Source of the DNA: Octopus sinensis
Taxonomy: Eukaryota
Assembly: GCF_006345805.1 (NCBI RefSeq)
Contig: NW_021834200.1
Span: forward strand, 1-60,653
Direction of reading: 5' to 3'
DNA: 60,653 bases
The notes below the pieces were generated by a model. The model had not been told where the DNA came from. It made no database searches and saw nothing but the letters and a program-made list of their open reading frames with translations. The translations under genes and the position numbers were made by a program. Positions 39,101 through 51,434 of the stretch are shown in pieces (the first letter of the stretch is position 1; each line of letters begins with the position of its first letter).

Positions 39101-39879
39101 CATTGTGCTCAGTAGTGTATAACAATATTTGTTGGTATGGTCGATACTGTGGTGTTGTGACAAGTTTCATTAAATACTATATCTAAAAGCTTAGCAGAAA
39201 GCCAACTTGATAACGAAAAACCGAAAAGAAAATATTTTGAGCAGATTTCCTCATGAGAATTTTAATTGGATTAGTAAAGATCAGAGAGAGTTCTTAAAGT
39301 TTCTTAATTAGTCTCTGTTAAACATAATTTTGTTCTTTAATTTCCATTGTTTGTTATATATTTTATGTATTGTTATACATTAAAGTAGTTACATCGTTAC
39401 CAAGAAGTAGACAAGAGACATATACGATCCGAGATAACGATCGTCAAATAAAAATTGGTCTGATTAGTGTCTAAATAAATCAGTGTTCTTTTTATTCGTA
39501 TTGTTCTTTTGTTGAATTGAAATGTAAAAGGTCAGAGAAGATAGGAAGTAGGGATAAAATCAAACTAAAAAAAATCAGTATGAGAGACGGAGTACAATTT
39601 ACGAATTTTTATTTTGCAGTATTTGATTTTTACTTCATTTGTCATCAATGTTGTAATGATGAAACGACCATAAATATTTCTTCTTGGTTCTGTCAAAGAA
39701 TGACACAGCGCTTATGATAAAATAACAATAAATATCCGATTTCGAATCCGTTTCCTCAGAGACGTTTGAAGACTTTTAAGTCAGCAATTTTCAAGAAAAA
39801 AAAAAATTCTTAAGCTACAAAACTCATGAGGCCAGGTGGCCGAGATCACTACATTCTCCACTAAACGGTACGCTGGTTC

Positions 39880-40075
39880 GTCGCAGTTTTCAGGGACAGC
39901 AATTTTTGCCCGAGCGACAATTCTATTACGTCGACCATAGTACGTATCTCGCACTTTATTTAATCGACCCCGAAGGAATGAGTTGACTTCATTGGAATTT
40001 GAACTCAGAAAGTGAAGAAACGGAAGAAATGACGCTAAGTACTTTGTCCGTGGCACTACCATTTCTGCGAGCTAA
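39880..40075 (-). mobile_element. SINE family B fragment
   Basis: TTTAATCGACCCCGAAGGAATGA...GGAATTTGAACTCAGAA...GACGCTAAG. Confidence 0.7.
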
Positions 40076-40184
40076 CCGCTGTAAGTGATCAATTGTGAAG
40101 TCTTGTACTGTTTTCCTTGCATATGTTTTCTTTTCTTTTCTTTTTTTGCTTTGCTTATTCTGTTCTGGAATTGAAAAAAAAATT

Positions 40185-40555
40185 ACGTGGTAAGTAGCTT
40201 GCTTATGAACCACAGTCCCATCTTGGGCAAGTGTCTTCTAGCATATCCTCAGGCCGACCAAAGCATTGTGAGTGGATTTGGTAGACGGAAACTGAAAGAA
40301 GCCCGTCTATATGTATATACATATATATGTGTGTGTATGTGTGTGTGTGTTTGTCTGTGTTTGTCACCCCTCCCCATCGCTTACAACCGATGCTGGTGTG
40401 TTTACGTTCCCGTAACTTAGCGGTTCGGTGAAAGATACCGACAGAATAAGTACTAAGCTTACAAAGAATAGGTCCTGGGATTCGATTTGCTCGACGAAAG
40501 GCGGTGCTCCAGCATGACCATAGTCAAATGACTGAAACAAGTAAAAGAGTAAAAA
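40185..40555 (+). mobile_element. SINE family A copy, partially deleted head
   Basis: Colinear with 6060-6485. Confidence 0.85.
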
Positions 40556-40929
40556 ACAATGGAAATCTATTTCTTCATATCCAGAGATCACTGCACCAGC
40601 ACTAAGGACATCACGAAATTGCGCAAGTATTTCGTGATATGTTCTTATGAATTGATCGCAAGGCGGGTACTTCATGCCATACTAACCGATAGAAGATCTC
40701 AGTTGGACATACTTGGGAATCCACTCGGAAAGTGTAATGAAAGTTGCGTCGAATAGGACTCTATGGAGGTGGTACCAGATGATTCTGCCATCAATAATGT
40801 TCTCAACAATAATGGTAGAGGAAATGTATCAATCGGTAAATGAAATTAATTTTCATTTAAACCGAATATTTTTTTTTTTTTGTTTTTAGATCTTTCCAAA
40901 TTCATTGATACAATACTTCAACATAATGG

Positions 40930-42094
40930 CCCGCGAGCTGGTAGAAACTTTAGCACGCCGAGCGAAATGCTTAGCGGTATTTCGTCTTGTCGTTACGTTC
41001 TGAGTTCAAATTCCGCCGAGGCCGACTTTGCTTTCATCCTATCGGAGTCGATAAATTAAGCACCAGTTACGCACTGGGGTCGATGTAATCGATTTAATCC
41101 GATTGTCTTTCCTTGTTTGTCCCCTCTATGTTTAGCTCCCTGCGGGCAATAAAAAATAAGAAACGTTAGCACGCCGGGCGAATGCTTAGCAGTATTTCGT
41201 CTGTCTTTACGTTCAGAGTTCACATTCCTCCGTGGTCGACTTTACCTTTCCTCCTTTCGGGATGGATAAATTCAGTACCAATTGCGTACTGGGGTCGATC
41301 TAATCGATTGGCCCTCTCCCTCAAAATTTCGGGCCTTGTGCCTATAGTGGAAAGGATTATTTTTTTAATGCTTAGCGGTATTTCGTCGGTCGCTACGTTG
41401 TGAGTTCAAATTCCGCCGAGGTCGACTTTGCCTTTCATCCTTTCGGGGTGGTTAAATTAAATACCAGTTACGCACTGGGGTAGATGTAATGGACTATCCG
41501 TCTCCCCCAAATTTCAGGCCTTTTGCCTATAATACAAAGACGGTGAGCTGGCAGAAACGTTAGCACGCCGGGCGAAATGCCTAGCGTTATTTCCTCTGCC
41601 GTTACGTTCTGAGTTCAAATTCTGCCTAGGTCGACTTTGCCTCTCATCCTTTCGGGGTCGATAAATTAAGTACTATCTACGCACTGGGGGTCGATATAAT
41701 CGACTTAATCATTCTGTCGGTCCTTGTTTGTCTCCTCTGTGTTTAGCCCCTTGTGGGTAAAGAAATAGGTATTTCGTCTCTTTACGTTATGAGTTCAAAT
41801 TCCACCGAGGTAGACTTTGCCTTTAATCCTTACGGGGTCGATAGATTATGTACCAGTTGGGTACTGGGGTTGATCTAATCGACTTCCACCCCACCGTCCC
41901 CAAAAATGTTGGGCCTTGTGCCTAGAAAATAAAAAAAAAAACGTTAGCGAAATGTTTAGCGGTATTTCGTCTGTCTTTATGTTCTGAGTTCAAACTCCAC
42001 CGTGGTCGACTTTGCTATTCGTCCTTTCAGGGTTGATAAATTAAGTACCAATTACGGACTGGAGTCGATCTAATCGACTGGCCCCTTCTCCCTC
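40930..42094 (+). mobile_element. head-to-tail cluster of six SINE family B copies
   Basis: Six repeats of the GAGTTCAAATTCC..GGTCGACTTTGCC..GATAAATT..GTACCA..CTGGGGTCGAT core, starting near 40934, 41161, 41368, 41540, 41768 and 41941. Confidence 0.9.
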
Positions 42095-42520
42095 ATAATT
42101 GTATACATAATTATATCAAGGGCTTGGCTTGTGTCTCACCACGCACTGAAAAATAGACGTCAAAAGACACTGCTACGACCATAAATTCTACTTTTGCGGC
42201 ATATTTCTGCGAGTGTGGACGGATATTAATTAAGCGAAGTCGCAGCTCGTTTGCATATTCGTGGACACTCGTATACTTATATTTAGGAATACTGACTTTC
42301 ATGAGGACAGAAGGTAATTATTTTTATTACTTTAAGCTCGAAAAACGATCCTGTACGCCCTTAACCAAAAGTTTTAATTAATTTTCTTTCTTTTGCTAGC
42401 CTATAATATGGTGTGTTTTTCTCGGATAGTTAATGGTGGTAATAGTGTCTTTTGACGTCTATTTTTCAGTGCGCGGTGAGGCAGAAGCCAATCTCTTATT
42501 ATAATTATGTATAAAATTAT
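42095..42520. mobile_element. 426-bp MITE with 88-bp imperfect TIRs
   Basis: 42095-42182 is the reverse complement of 42433-42520; shared core CGCACTGAAAAATAGACGTCAAAAGACACT. Confidence 0.85.
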
Positions 42521-42588
42521 AAATTATTTATATGTGTAAATATGTATATAAATCTAAACGTGTACTTAAATTTAATGTGTAAATTTAA

Positions 42589-42629
<41 letters not shown>

Positions 42630-42762
42630 GAGAGAGAGAAGGGAGACGGTAAGAGCCCAGGCAGTCAAGGATGTAGAAGTGCTTATTTAGAATGTTCTTA
42701 AGAGTATGTAAGAAGGAAAAGAAGAGAGGAGCCAACGAATGTAGATGAGATAGATAAATATG

Positions 42763-42799
<37 letters not shown>

Positions 42800-43065
42800 T
42801 AAATATATGAACATATAAATAAAAATGTATAAATATGTAAATAGAAAGTCAATCAGTAAAACTAATAGATTGAAATAAACGAATCCCGGTAATATAATAA
42901 ACAAATTAGTGAGAGAACAATTCTCGAGTTAATAAATTAGTTAGTAAGTTAATATGGAAGATGTTGCGGAATCAACTGTCTTCGACGTCATCATCATCTT
43001 CATCAACATCATCATTATCGTCATCATTATCGTCGTCAAGATCGTCAGCATGATCATCGTCATTC

Positions 43066-43500
43066 TTCTTCTTCTTCTTCTTCTTCTTCTTCTTCTTCTT
43101 CTTCTTCTCTTCTTCTTCTTCTTCTTCTTCTTCTTCTTCTTCTTCTTCTTCTTCTTTCTTCTTCTTCTTCTTCTTTCTTTTTCTTCTTCTTCTTCTTCTT
43201 CTTCTTCTTCTTCCACTTCTGCTCCCCTTCCTCCTCTGCTCGTTTCTTCTTCCTCCTCCGCTGCTGCTCTTCCTCTTCCCCTTCTGCCTCCCTTCCTCCT
43301 CTTCTTCCTCTACCTCCCTCCCCCTCCCCCTCTTCTCCCCCTTTACATCCTCCTTCTCCTCTCCTTGCACCTCTTCCTCCCTCAAACCTCCTCCTCTCCC
43401 TCCTCCTCTTCTTCCTTCTCCTCCTCTCCTTCCTCCTCCTCCTCTTATTCCTTCTCCTCTCCTTCATCTTCCTCCTCTCCTTCTTCTTCCTCCCTCCTCT
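43066..43500. repeat. (TTC)n and C/T low-complexity tract
   Basis: Direct reading. Confidence 0.95.
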
Positions 43501-43784
43501 GCATCTTCAAAAACGATAGAATTTCTTTTTCACGAACGTATATAAATGTCACGGATGACCTACCGCCCAATTATGATCCAACCGGATCGAATATTGTTGT
43601 GAACGAGAGACAGAAGTGGTAATTATAAATATGAAGTGTAAACAGTATTTACTCATAAAGAATATCCCGGCAAGGACTTGTGAGATACCTGTGTCGCTGC
43701 CCAGTATTGAAAACTTTATATTTACAACAAGGAAAATGACAGAAACAGAAAACAGATTCTTTTTTTTAATCGAATGAAGAGGCT

Positions 43785-44400
43785 CAGGAGTGGCTGTGTG
43801 GTAAGTAGATTGCTTCCTTACCACATAGTTCCGGGTTCAGTCCCATTATCTGGTACCTTGGGTAAGTGTCTTCTACTATACCCTCGAACCAAGCAAAGCT
43901 TTATGAGTGGGTCTGGTAGATGGAAACTAAAAGAAGCCCGTCGTTTATGTATATGTATGAATGTATTTGTTATTTGTGCCTGTGTTTGCTCCCACCCCCA
44001 TCGCTAGACACAGATGTTGGTGTGTTTATGTCACTGTAACTTAGTGCATCGGCAAAAGAGACCGACAGAATAAGTCCTGGGGTCGATTTCTTCGACTAGA
44101 GGTGGTGCTGCAGTATGGCCTCTGTCAAATGACTGAAGCAAGTAAAAGAATAAAAGAGTAAAATAATAGACCCCTGTACTTATACTTTTGAGCTTGCTAC
44201 GCATTCTCTCGGTGTCTTTTGTCGAACCGCTATGCAACGGGGAACATAAACATACCAACACCGTTTGCTAATCGGTGATGGGACACACAGAGACACAAAG
44301 ATGCACACAGAAACACACACGCGCACATGTTCGACGGGCTTCTTTCTGTTTCCGTCTAAGCAAATACTCACAAAAGGCGTTTGTCATCCCGAGTTTAGAG
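43785..44400. mobile_element. two SINE family A copies in tail-to-tail inverted orientation
   Basis: Plus copy 43785-44163; minus partial copy about 44165-44400 (CTTTTGTCGAACCGCTA...ACCAACACCG...GACGGGCTTCTTTCTGTTTCCGTCTA). Confidence 0.8.
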
Positions 44401-44630
44401 CGTAAGTCACTTACACAACGTGGGACTGAATCCGGAAGTTGAAAATTAAGGAATATATAATAAGTTACATGGACCGGAATGGCTTTAGAATCGTCAGTGC
44501 TTCGTACAAAATTCTTGGCGACATTGCGCCCGGCGTTTTATCAATGAGTTTAGATCCAACCGGGGCCAATTTTGCCTTGCATCTATTTAGGATTGAAATG
44601 AATACAATACAACTACGATGAGCTATGTAC

Positions 44631-45840
44631 TAAATATGTGCTCTCCGCTCAAAATCTCTGGTTTTGAATTGAATATGTGCTCTCTGCTAAAAAATCTCTG
44701 GTTTTGAATTGAATATGTGCTCTCCGCTCAAAATCTCTGGTTTTGAACTGAATATGTGCTCTCTGCTCAAAATCTCTGGTTTTGAACTGAATATGTGCTC
44801 TCCGCTCAAAATCTCTGGTTTTGAACTGAATAGGTGCTCTCTACTCAAAATCTCTGGTTTTGAACTGAATAGGTGCTCACTGCTCAAAATCTCTGGTTTT
44901 GAACTGAATATGTGCTCTCTGCTCAAAATCTCTGGTTTTGAACTGAATATGTGCTCTCTGCTCAAAATCTCTGGTTTTGAACTGAATATGTGCTCTCCGC
45001 TCAAAATCTCTGGTTTTGAACTGAATATGTGCTCTCTGCTCAAAATCTCTGGTTTTGAACTGAATATGTGCTCTCCGCTCAAAATCCCTGGTTTTGAACT
45101 GAATAGGTGCTCTCTACTCAAAATCTCTGGTTTTGAACTGAATAGGTGCTCACTGCTCAAAATCTCTGGTTTTGAACTGAATATGTGCTCTCTGCTCAAA
45201 ATCTCTGGTTTTGAACTGAATATGTGCTCTCTGCTCAAAATCTCTGGTTTTGAACTGAATATGTGCTCTCCGCTCAAAATCTCTGGTTTTGAACTGAATA
45301 GGTGCTCACTGCTCAAAATCTCTGGTTTTGAACTGAATATGTGCTATCCGCTCAAAATCTCTGGTTTTGAACTGAATATGTGCTCTCTGCTCAAAATATC
45401 TGGTTTTGAACTGAATAGGTGCTCACTGCTCAAAATCTCTGGTTTTGAACTGAATATGTGCTCTCCGCTCAAAATCTCTGGTTTTGAACTGAATATGTGC
45501 TCTCTGCTCAAAATCTGTGGTTTTTAACTGAATATGTGCTCTCCGCTCAAAATCTCTAGTTTTGAACTGAATAGGTGCTCTCTACTCAAAATCTCTGGTT
45601 TTGAACTGAATAGGTGCTCACTGCTCAAAATCTCTGGTTTTGAACTGAATATGTGCTCTCTGCTCAAAATCTCTGGTTTTGAACTGAATATGTGCTCTCC
45701 GCTCAAAATCTCTGGTTTTGAACTGAATATGTGCTCTCTGCTCAAAATCTCTGGTTTTGAACTGAATATGTGCTCTCCGCTCAAAATATCTGGTTTTGAA
45801 CTGAATATGTGCTATCCGCTCAAAATCTCTGGTTTTGAAC
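44631..45840. repeat. 39-bp minisatellite, 31 copies
   Basis: Unit AAAATCTCTGGTTTTGAACTGAATATGTGCTCTCCGCTC with four recurring variants; explains ORFs 44687..45316 and 44709..45527. Confidence 0.97.
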
Positions 45841-46222
45841 TGTGCAAGAGTCCGGAATCCTGTTGAGGACAAATGTTCCATTCTCGGTAATTGTAATTCA
45901 TGGAAACTGAGTAACTGACCTAATGAACCATGGACTCAAGTAAAATTCAAAGATTATAGGGTATGAAATGTTCATACACAAATACACCGACACACACACA
46001 CTTACACACGCAAGCGCGCATATACACGGTCACATTCGCAAGAGAAATTTCTTCCACATATAATGCCTTAGTGCGTTCTAATCTTCAAAGAAATCTATAA
46101 AATTAGACATATCTCAGGTATGTTTGTAGACTGTGCTTCTGTCTGCGTATGTGCGTTTGTGGAAAGTTTCCTGCGTGTTCCAGTGTCATGTACACTAACA
46201 TATATACATATATATGTTATAC

Positions 46223-46255
<33 letters not shown>

Positions 46256-47139
46256 CACACACATATATATATATGTTTTATATATATGATATATATCCAT
46301 ATATATATATATATATTTGGTATATATATACATATAAATATATTATGTATACATATCAATATGTTATATATATATATATACATACATATACACATATATA
46401 CGTTATATATATATACATACACATACATATATGTATATATATATATGTATATACATATATACATATATATACAATATATATATGTATATGTATATATATA
46501 CATATCCATATATATATACTATATGTATATATATATATATGCATATATATATGGATGTATGGAGTATGTAGATATAAGCGTATGCATCTATGTCTAATTA
46601 TCTATGACTGTATGTGTGTGTATATATATATATATATGTGTGTGTGTATGTATATATATGTATGTGTATGTGTTTGTGTATATGTGTGTGTGTGTACACG
46701 AAATGCTTGAGGGAGAGATTTATGAGTGATAGAATGCGAGTACTTGCAGTCGACAGCGAATTATCGATCTCAATGATGTATTAAAAGAACTGTACGAATC
46801 AATCAGTCTACATAATTATGCAAATCGTCAAATCGATTAGAGTGAATTTCTCCGTCTGACAGGTTCCATAGAATTCAGAATATAATCCTCAACCTGTCTA
46901 TCATCCGTGAGTAAATCCTGTGAGGGACGATGTCCATTGCTGACGGTGTCCTTGTGGCATTGACGGAATGATGGGGCTCTGGTGGTGGAGATGGTGAGAT
47001 TTGGTTTTGACGATTTGGTAGTTATATGGGAAATTGCATGGCTTAATTGCCGAGGTATTTTCGTCACGATCCTAAAGCTGTGAGTTCGATTCCTGTCTGT
47101 GCGTTGAGTTCTTCAGCAAAGCATTTTATTTCTTCACAT

Positions 47140-47338
47140 TATTTACACAATTTACATCATTTACACTTGACGGATATTTGTTCTCATCTTGTTTGTTGTT
47201 AACACAACGTTTCGATTGATATACCCTCCAGCCTCCATCAGGCGTATTGGGGAAAATTTCGAACCTGGGTTCTCAATCCTAAGGTATTTATCTATGTTGT
47301 TGTTGTTGTTGTTGTTATTGTTATTATCATCATCATCA

Positions 47339-47377
<39 letters not shown>

Positions 47378-47455
47378 GGTCACTGCCTGGAATCGAACTC
47401 GGAATCTTGGGGTTAGTAGCCTGCGCTTTTAACCACTACGCCATATGACCGTGGG
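47140..47455 (-). mobile_element. composite element: tRNA-like head, internal microsatellite, hammerhead-like tail (copy 1)
   Basis: Colinear with 48310-48680; minus strand has GGCGTAGTGG...GAGTTCGATTCC, then (AAT)(GAT)(AAC)n, then CTGATGGAGGCTG...GAAACGTT. Confidence 0.7.
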
Positions 47456-48309
47456 CATATTTCTTGTTTCTCCAGTACGTTCATCTGGCAAACATAAGTC
47501 GTACGTGTAATTCACAGGGTCGTCTTCACCTCCTCATCATCATATGTTTTGATGTGTTTCCGTTGATGTAGTTATATGTTGTGTTGTTGGCGGTTTGGTT
47601 TTAATTTTGATGTACAGCGCAATGCTTTTTAAAATCCTTTTTATAATTATATTTCTTTGTGGTGGAGTTCAACTGAAGTTCTTATCCAGCGCGATTAATC
47701 GACGGGATTGCTTGAGCATCGAATCAAATTATCTTGGTACTCTCAATTCTTGGCTCGTAGACTGCGCATATAACCAAGTTCAACATTACCATCTTGTCTT
47801 TAGATATTGGTTTGAAATTTTGGTACAAGGCCAGCAAATTTTCAGGAAATGTCGAGTCCATAACATAGTGCATCCCACACAGTGCTCATCTGTTGTTTAT
47901 TTTATCGATGCCGAAGTGATGAATACCAAAGTGAACGTCGGTGGAATTTGAACTCAGAAGTTAAAGACAGACCAACTTCTGCCATCACGCTGCCATATCT
48001 TGTCCTTAGATATTCATAGCAAATTCAATTGTATGCATAATGCCATTTTGCTCCTCTTTGCGTTCTAAGTTCAAATTCCGCCGATGTAGACTTTATCTTT
48101 CATCTTTCCGGGGTTGATAAAATAAGTACCAACTGAAAATTCGGGTCGACGTTATAGACTTAACTCTTCCACTGATATTGCTAACCTTTTGCCAAAATTA
48201 GAAAACAATTCAGTTGACATGTAATCAACGACATTCCGCATATGCTTACCTCGTCTTAATTTCAGACATAATATGCGTAGATCTACATTATCTGATTACA
48301 TGTATTTCC

Positions 48310-48481
48310 TACATTATTTACATTATTCATATTTGACGGATATTTGTCCTCATCTTGTTTGTTGTTAAAACAACGTTTCGGCTGATATACCCTCCAGCCT
48401 TCATCAGGTGTACTGGGGAAATTCCGAACCTTGGTTCTGATTCCTAAGGTATTTATCTATGTTGTTGTTGTTGTTGTTATT

Positions 48482-48543
<62 letters not shown>

Positions 48544-48547
48544 TACG

Positions 48548-48605
<58 letters not shown>

Positions 48606-48820
48606 TATTATTCACGTCACTATCTGGAATCGAACTCGGAATCTTGGGGTTAGTAGCCCGCGCACTTACCCACTACGCCATGTGCTCGTGATGAAGCCTG
48701 GGAGGATATATCAGCCGAAACGTTGTGTTAACAGCAAACAAGATGAGGACAAATATCCGTCAAATGTAAATAATGTAAATAACATACATAATTCCTCATC
48801 TCTTCAATATAGAACTGTAT
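48310..48820 (-). mobile_element. composite element copy 2 with ~100-bp inverted terminal segments
   Basis: 48311-48410 is the reverse complement of 48688-48790; between them lie (GTT)(ATC)(ATT)n and a tRNA-like segment (48614-48680, minus). Confidence 0.75.
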
Positions 48821-48867
48821 TATGCATTTCCTAGTTCAAGATATTAATCTGGCTGCTATATGTAACT

Positions 48868-49197
48868 CAGTGGTTCTCAGCTGAGATCCATATGGCTCGT
48901 GAGGGTCCATACAAGATTGGGGGCTCACGCAATAAAACACTAAATTAGGACTCCGCAACAGTATCCTTAGGGCTCTTGAAAACAAAGTTTCGATGAATGT
49001 ATTGGTATGCATTACAAGAAATATCTCGGTTTCTTTCCCTAACATTTTTCATAGTTCAACCTAAACAAGTTAATAGGATTTTTGAAAGAGATTTCTATAT
49101 ATCTAGTTTTTTGACATCGAATGGCTGTGGGGGTCCACAAGAATAAAAAAGTAATCAAATGGGTCCATAGATAAAAAAAATGTTTCAGAGCCCCCCG
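48868..49197 (+). mobile_element. possible hAT-type MITE
   Basis: Left end CAGTGGTTCTCAG resembles hAT/Charlie termini; degenerate right end; internal GGGTCCAT repeats; no 8-bp TSD visible. Confidence 0.4.
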
Positions 49198-50025
49198 CCC
49201 CCGAGGTAACAGATCCAGCCACCACTTGGGGACCTTTCTTGTAGATTTGAGAATTTTTTAAGTTAGTCGTGTCTTAGTCATGTGATTGAAGTGGCGAATG
49301 TTGTTGCTGTTAATGGTTTGGGATATGGTATAAAACACCCGGCTGTGCACTGTGTGTCCATGTTTCTGAGTTTGTCTTCATACATACTTATGCATAGAAA
49401 TATTATCCATCATCACTTCAACTAATAAACAATTAATATTTCTTCTCTTGACGCGTCCCTCCCTCCTTCCTTACTACTACTACTACTACTACTACCACCA
49501 TCACCATCACCACCACCACAATCAACACCACCACCACCACCACTAATAGTACTATAACCACCATCACCACCAACACCACCACTAATAGTACTACAACCAT
49601 CACCACCACCAACACCACCACTAATAGTACTAAAACCACCATCACCTCCACCACTAACATCCACTACCACAACCACTACTACCACTACTTCTACTGCTGC
49701 TGCTGCCGCTACTTTCTATTATTTACTTCATTCATCTCTTCTCTCTTGCTCATGGTCCTTGTTTTCATGTCGACGACCACGACGAGGATGATGATGATGA
49801 CGATGATGATGATGATGATGATGATGATGATAATGGTGGTGGTGTGATGATAGTGATGTTTATCATGATCATTGTCGTCATCATCATGATCATGATCATC
49901 ATCATGTTTCCAACTGTTGTTTGAAAATGATTTTTAATTGAAATTCAGCAAGTAACTGTATATATTGTGGAAAGCGAAAAATAACAACAGCAACAACAAT
50001 AATAATAATAATAATAATAATAATG

Positions 50026-50064
<39 letters not shown>

Positions 50065-50933
50065 TCAATAATAATAATAATAATAATAATAATATAATAA
50101 TATCAATAATAATATAATAATAATAATAATAATAATAAAGAAAATGAATAAATTTCCGTTTTACATGGTAAGGATTTGACAGGTAAGCAATAAAAGTAAA
50201 TTTAAAAAAAAAACTCAGAAATATACTGCTTCAATAACAACCGCCGCAAACGAGAAATAGATCAACAATACCAACAACAATCATAGACAGGACGAATAAA
50301 AAAAGAACAAAAAACTGTAGAATATATAAATAAGTAGAAAAAACAAACGTTGTAGCAATATTCTGAAAATACGATGCCTAGGTACATATATTCTCATCTT
50401 GCTGTTGTTTTGTTATATTTTAAAGGTCCTGGGCAGACTATTAGAATTGTTTTATTGTTTAACATGCAGTGACTAATTACGTATGTATTTCAATATATTT
50501 GCTATTACTCATATGTTGGAATCATTAGAGAAAACCCAGTTTCTAATGTAGAGTGAAACAGAAGACTGAATTCACTAAATGTGTAAGCACAACGCGTTTC
50601 ATTTCCGTATTATATAACATGTATGGCCAGGCTATCTGTTTGATTATATTCAGCAATCGTAATAGCTTTTCGAGCATCAATTAATTGTACTATATGCTAT
50701 TGGTATATCTTTTGTTTCCTCTTTTTTTCCTTCGTTCTTTTTTTTCCTTCGTTCGTTCCTTCATTTATTCCGTTGTATGTTGCTATTTGTTGTTTTCTTG
50801 TTTTTTTCCATTTCACCCTTCTTCTTCACAGGATATTATCAAAAACGATACACTATGAAAAAGTGATGGCAGCAATAATCATACTGGCATGGGATTACAT
50901 CAACATCGACATTTGTTTTTTTACCCTTTTTCA

Positions 50934-50981
<48 letters not shown>

Positions 50982-50991
50982 CATCATTATT

Positions 50992-51060
<69 letters not shown>

Positions 51061-51062
51061 TT

Positions 51063-51392
51063 TATTCAGTAGTTTTATTTTTATAGCGTGCTTTCACACC
51101 ACTGCTGAGCGCAGCTCTGTGTGCCTTGGGTATGTGCTGTGATTTGTTGTGGTGCTCTGATGGTTACTGTATTGAAAGTGTTTTGTGTAGGATGTGTGCA
51201 GAGCCCAGTAGTGCAATTTTGTGTATGTTGTATATGTTTGTAAGCCCTGGTGTGTTTGTTATGTATTCGTCTGAATATTTTTTATCATGCGTAATGCACC
51301 TACTATAGTAGGAATTGTTTCTGTTTTTAGATTCCACATTCGAGTTACCTCTATTTCCAGATCTCTGTATTTTGAAAGTTTCTCCATTTCTT
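51063..51392 (-). mobile_element. 5'-truncated RLE-type (R4/Dong-like) LINE 3' end in (AAT)n
   Basis: Minus strand EMEKLSKYRDLEIEVTRMWNLKTETIPTIVGAL...KIALLGSAHILHKTLSIQ*, then a 3' UTR; (ATT)n on both flanks. Confidence 0.85.
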
Positions 51393-51434
51393 TTAGGGAC
51401 ACGTTATTATTGTTATTATTATTATTATTATTAT

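Noticed and set aside
44631-45840. CRISPR-like array or repeat protein (LKISGFELNMCSP)n
   Set aside because: Units are contiguous with no unique spacers, there are no cas genes, the context is eukaryotic, and frames break at unit variants.
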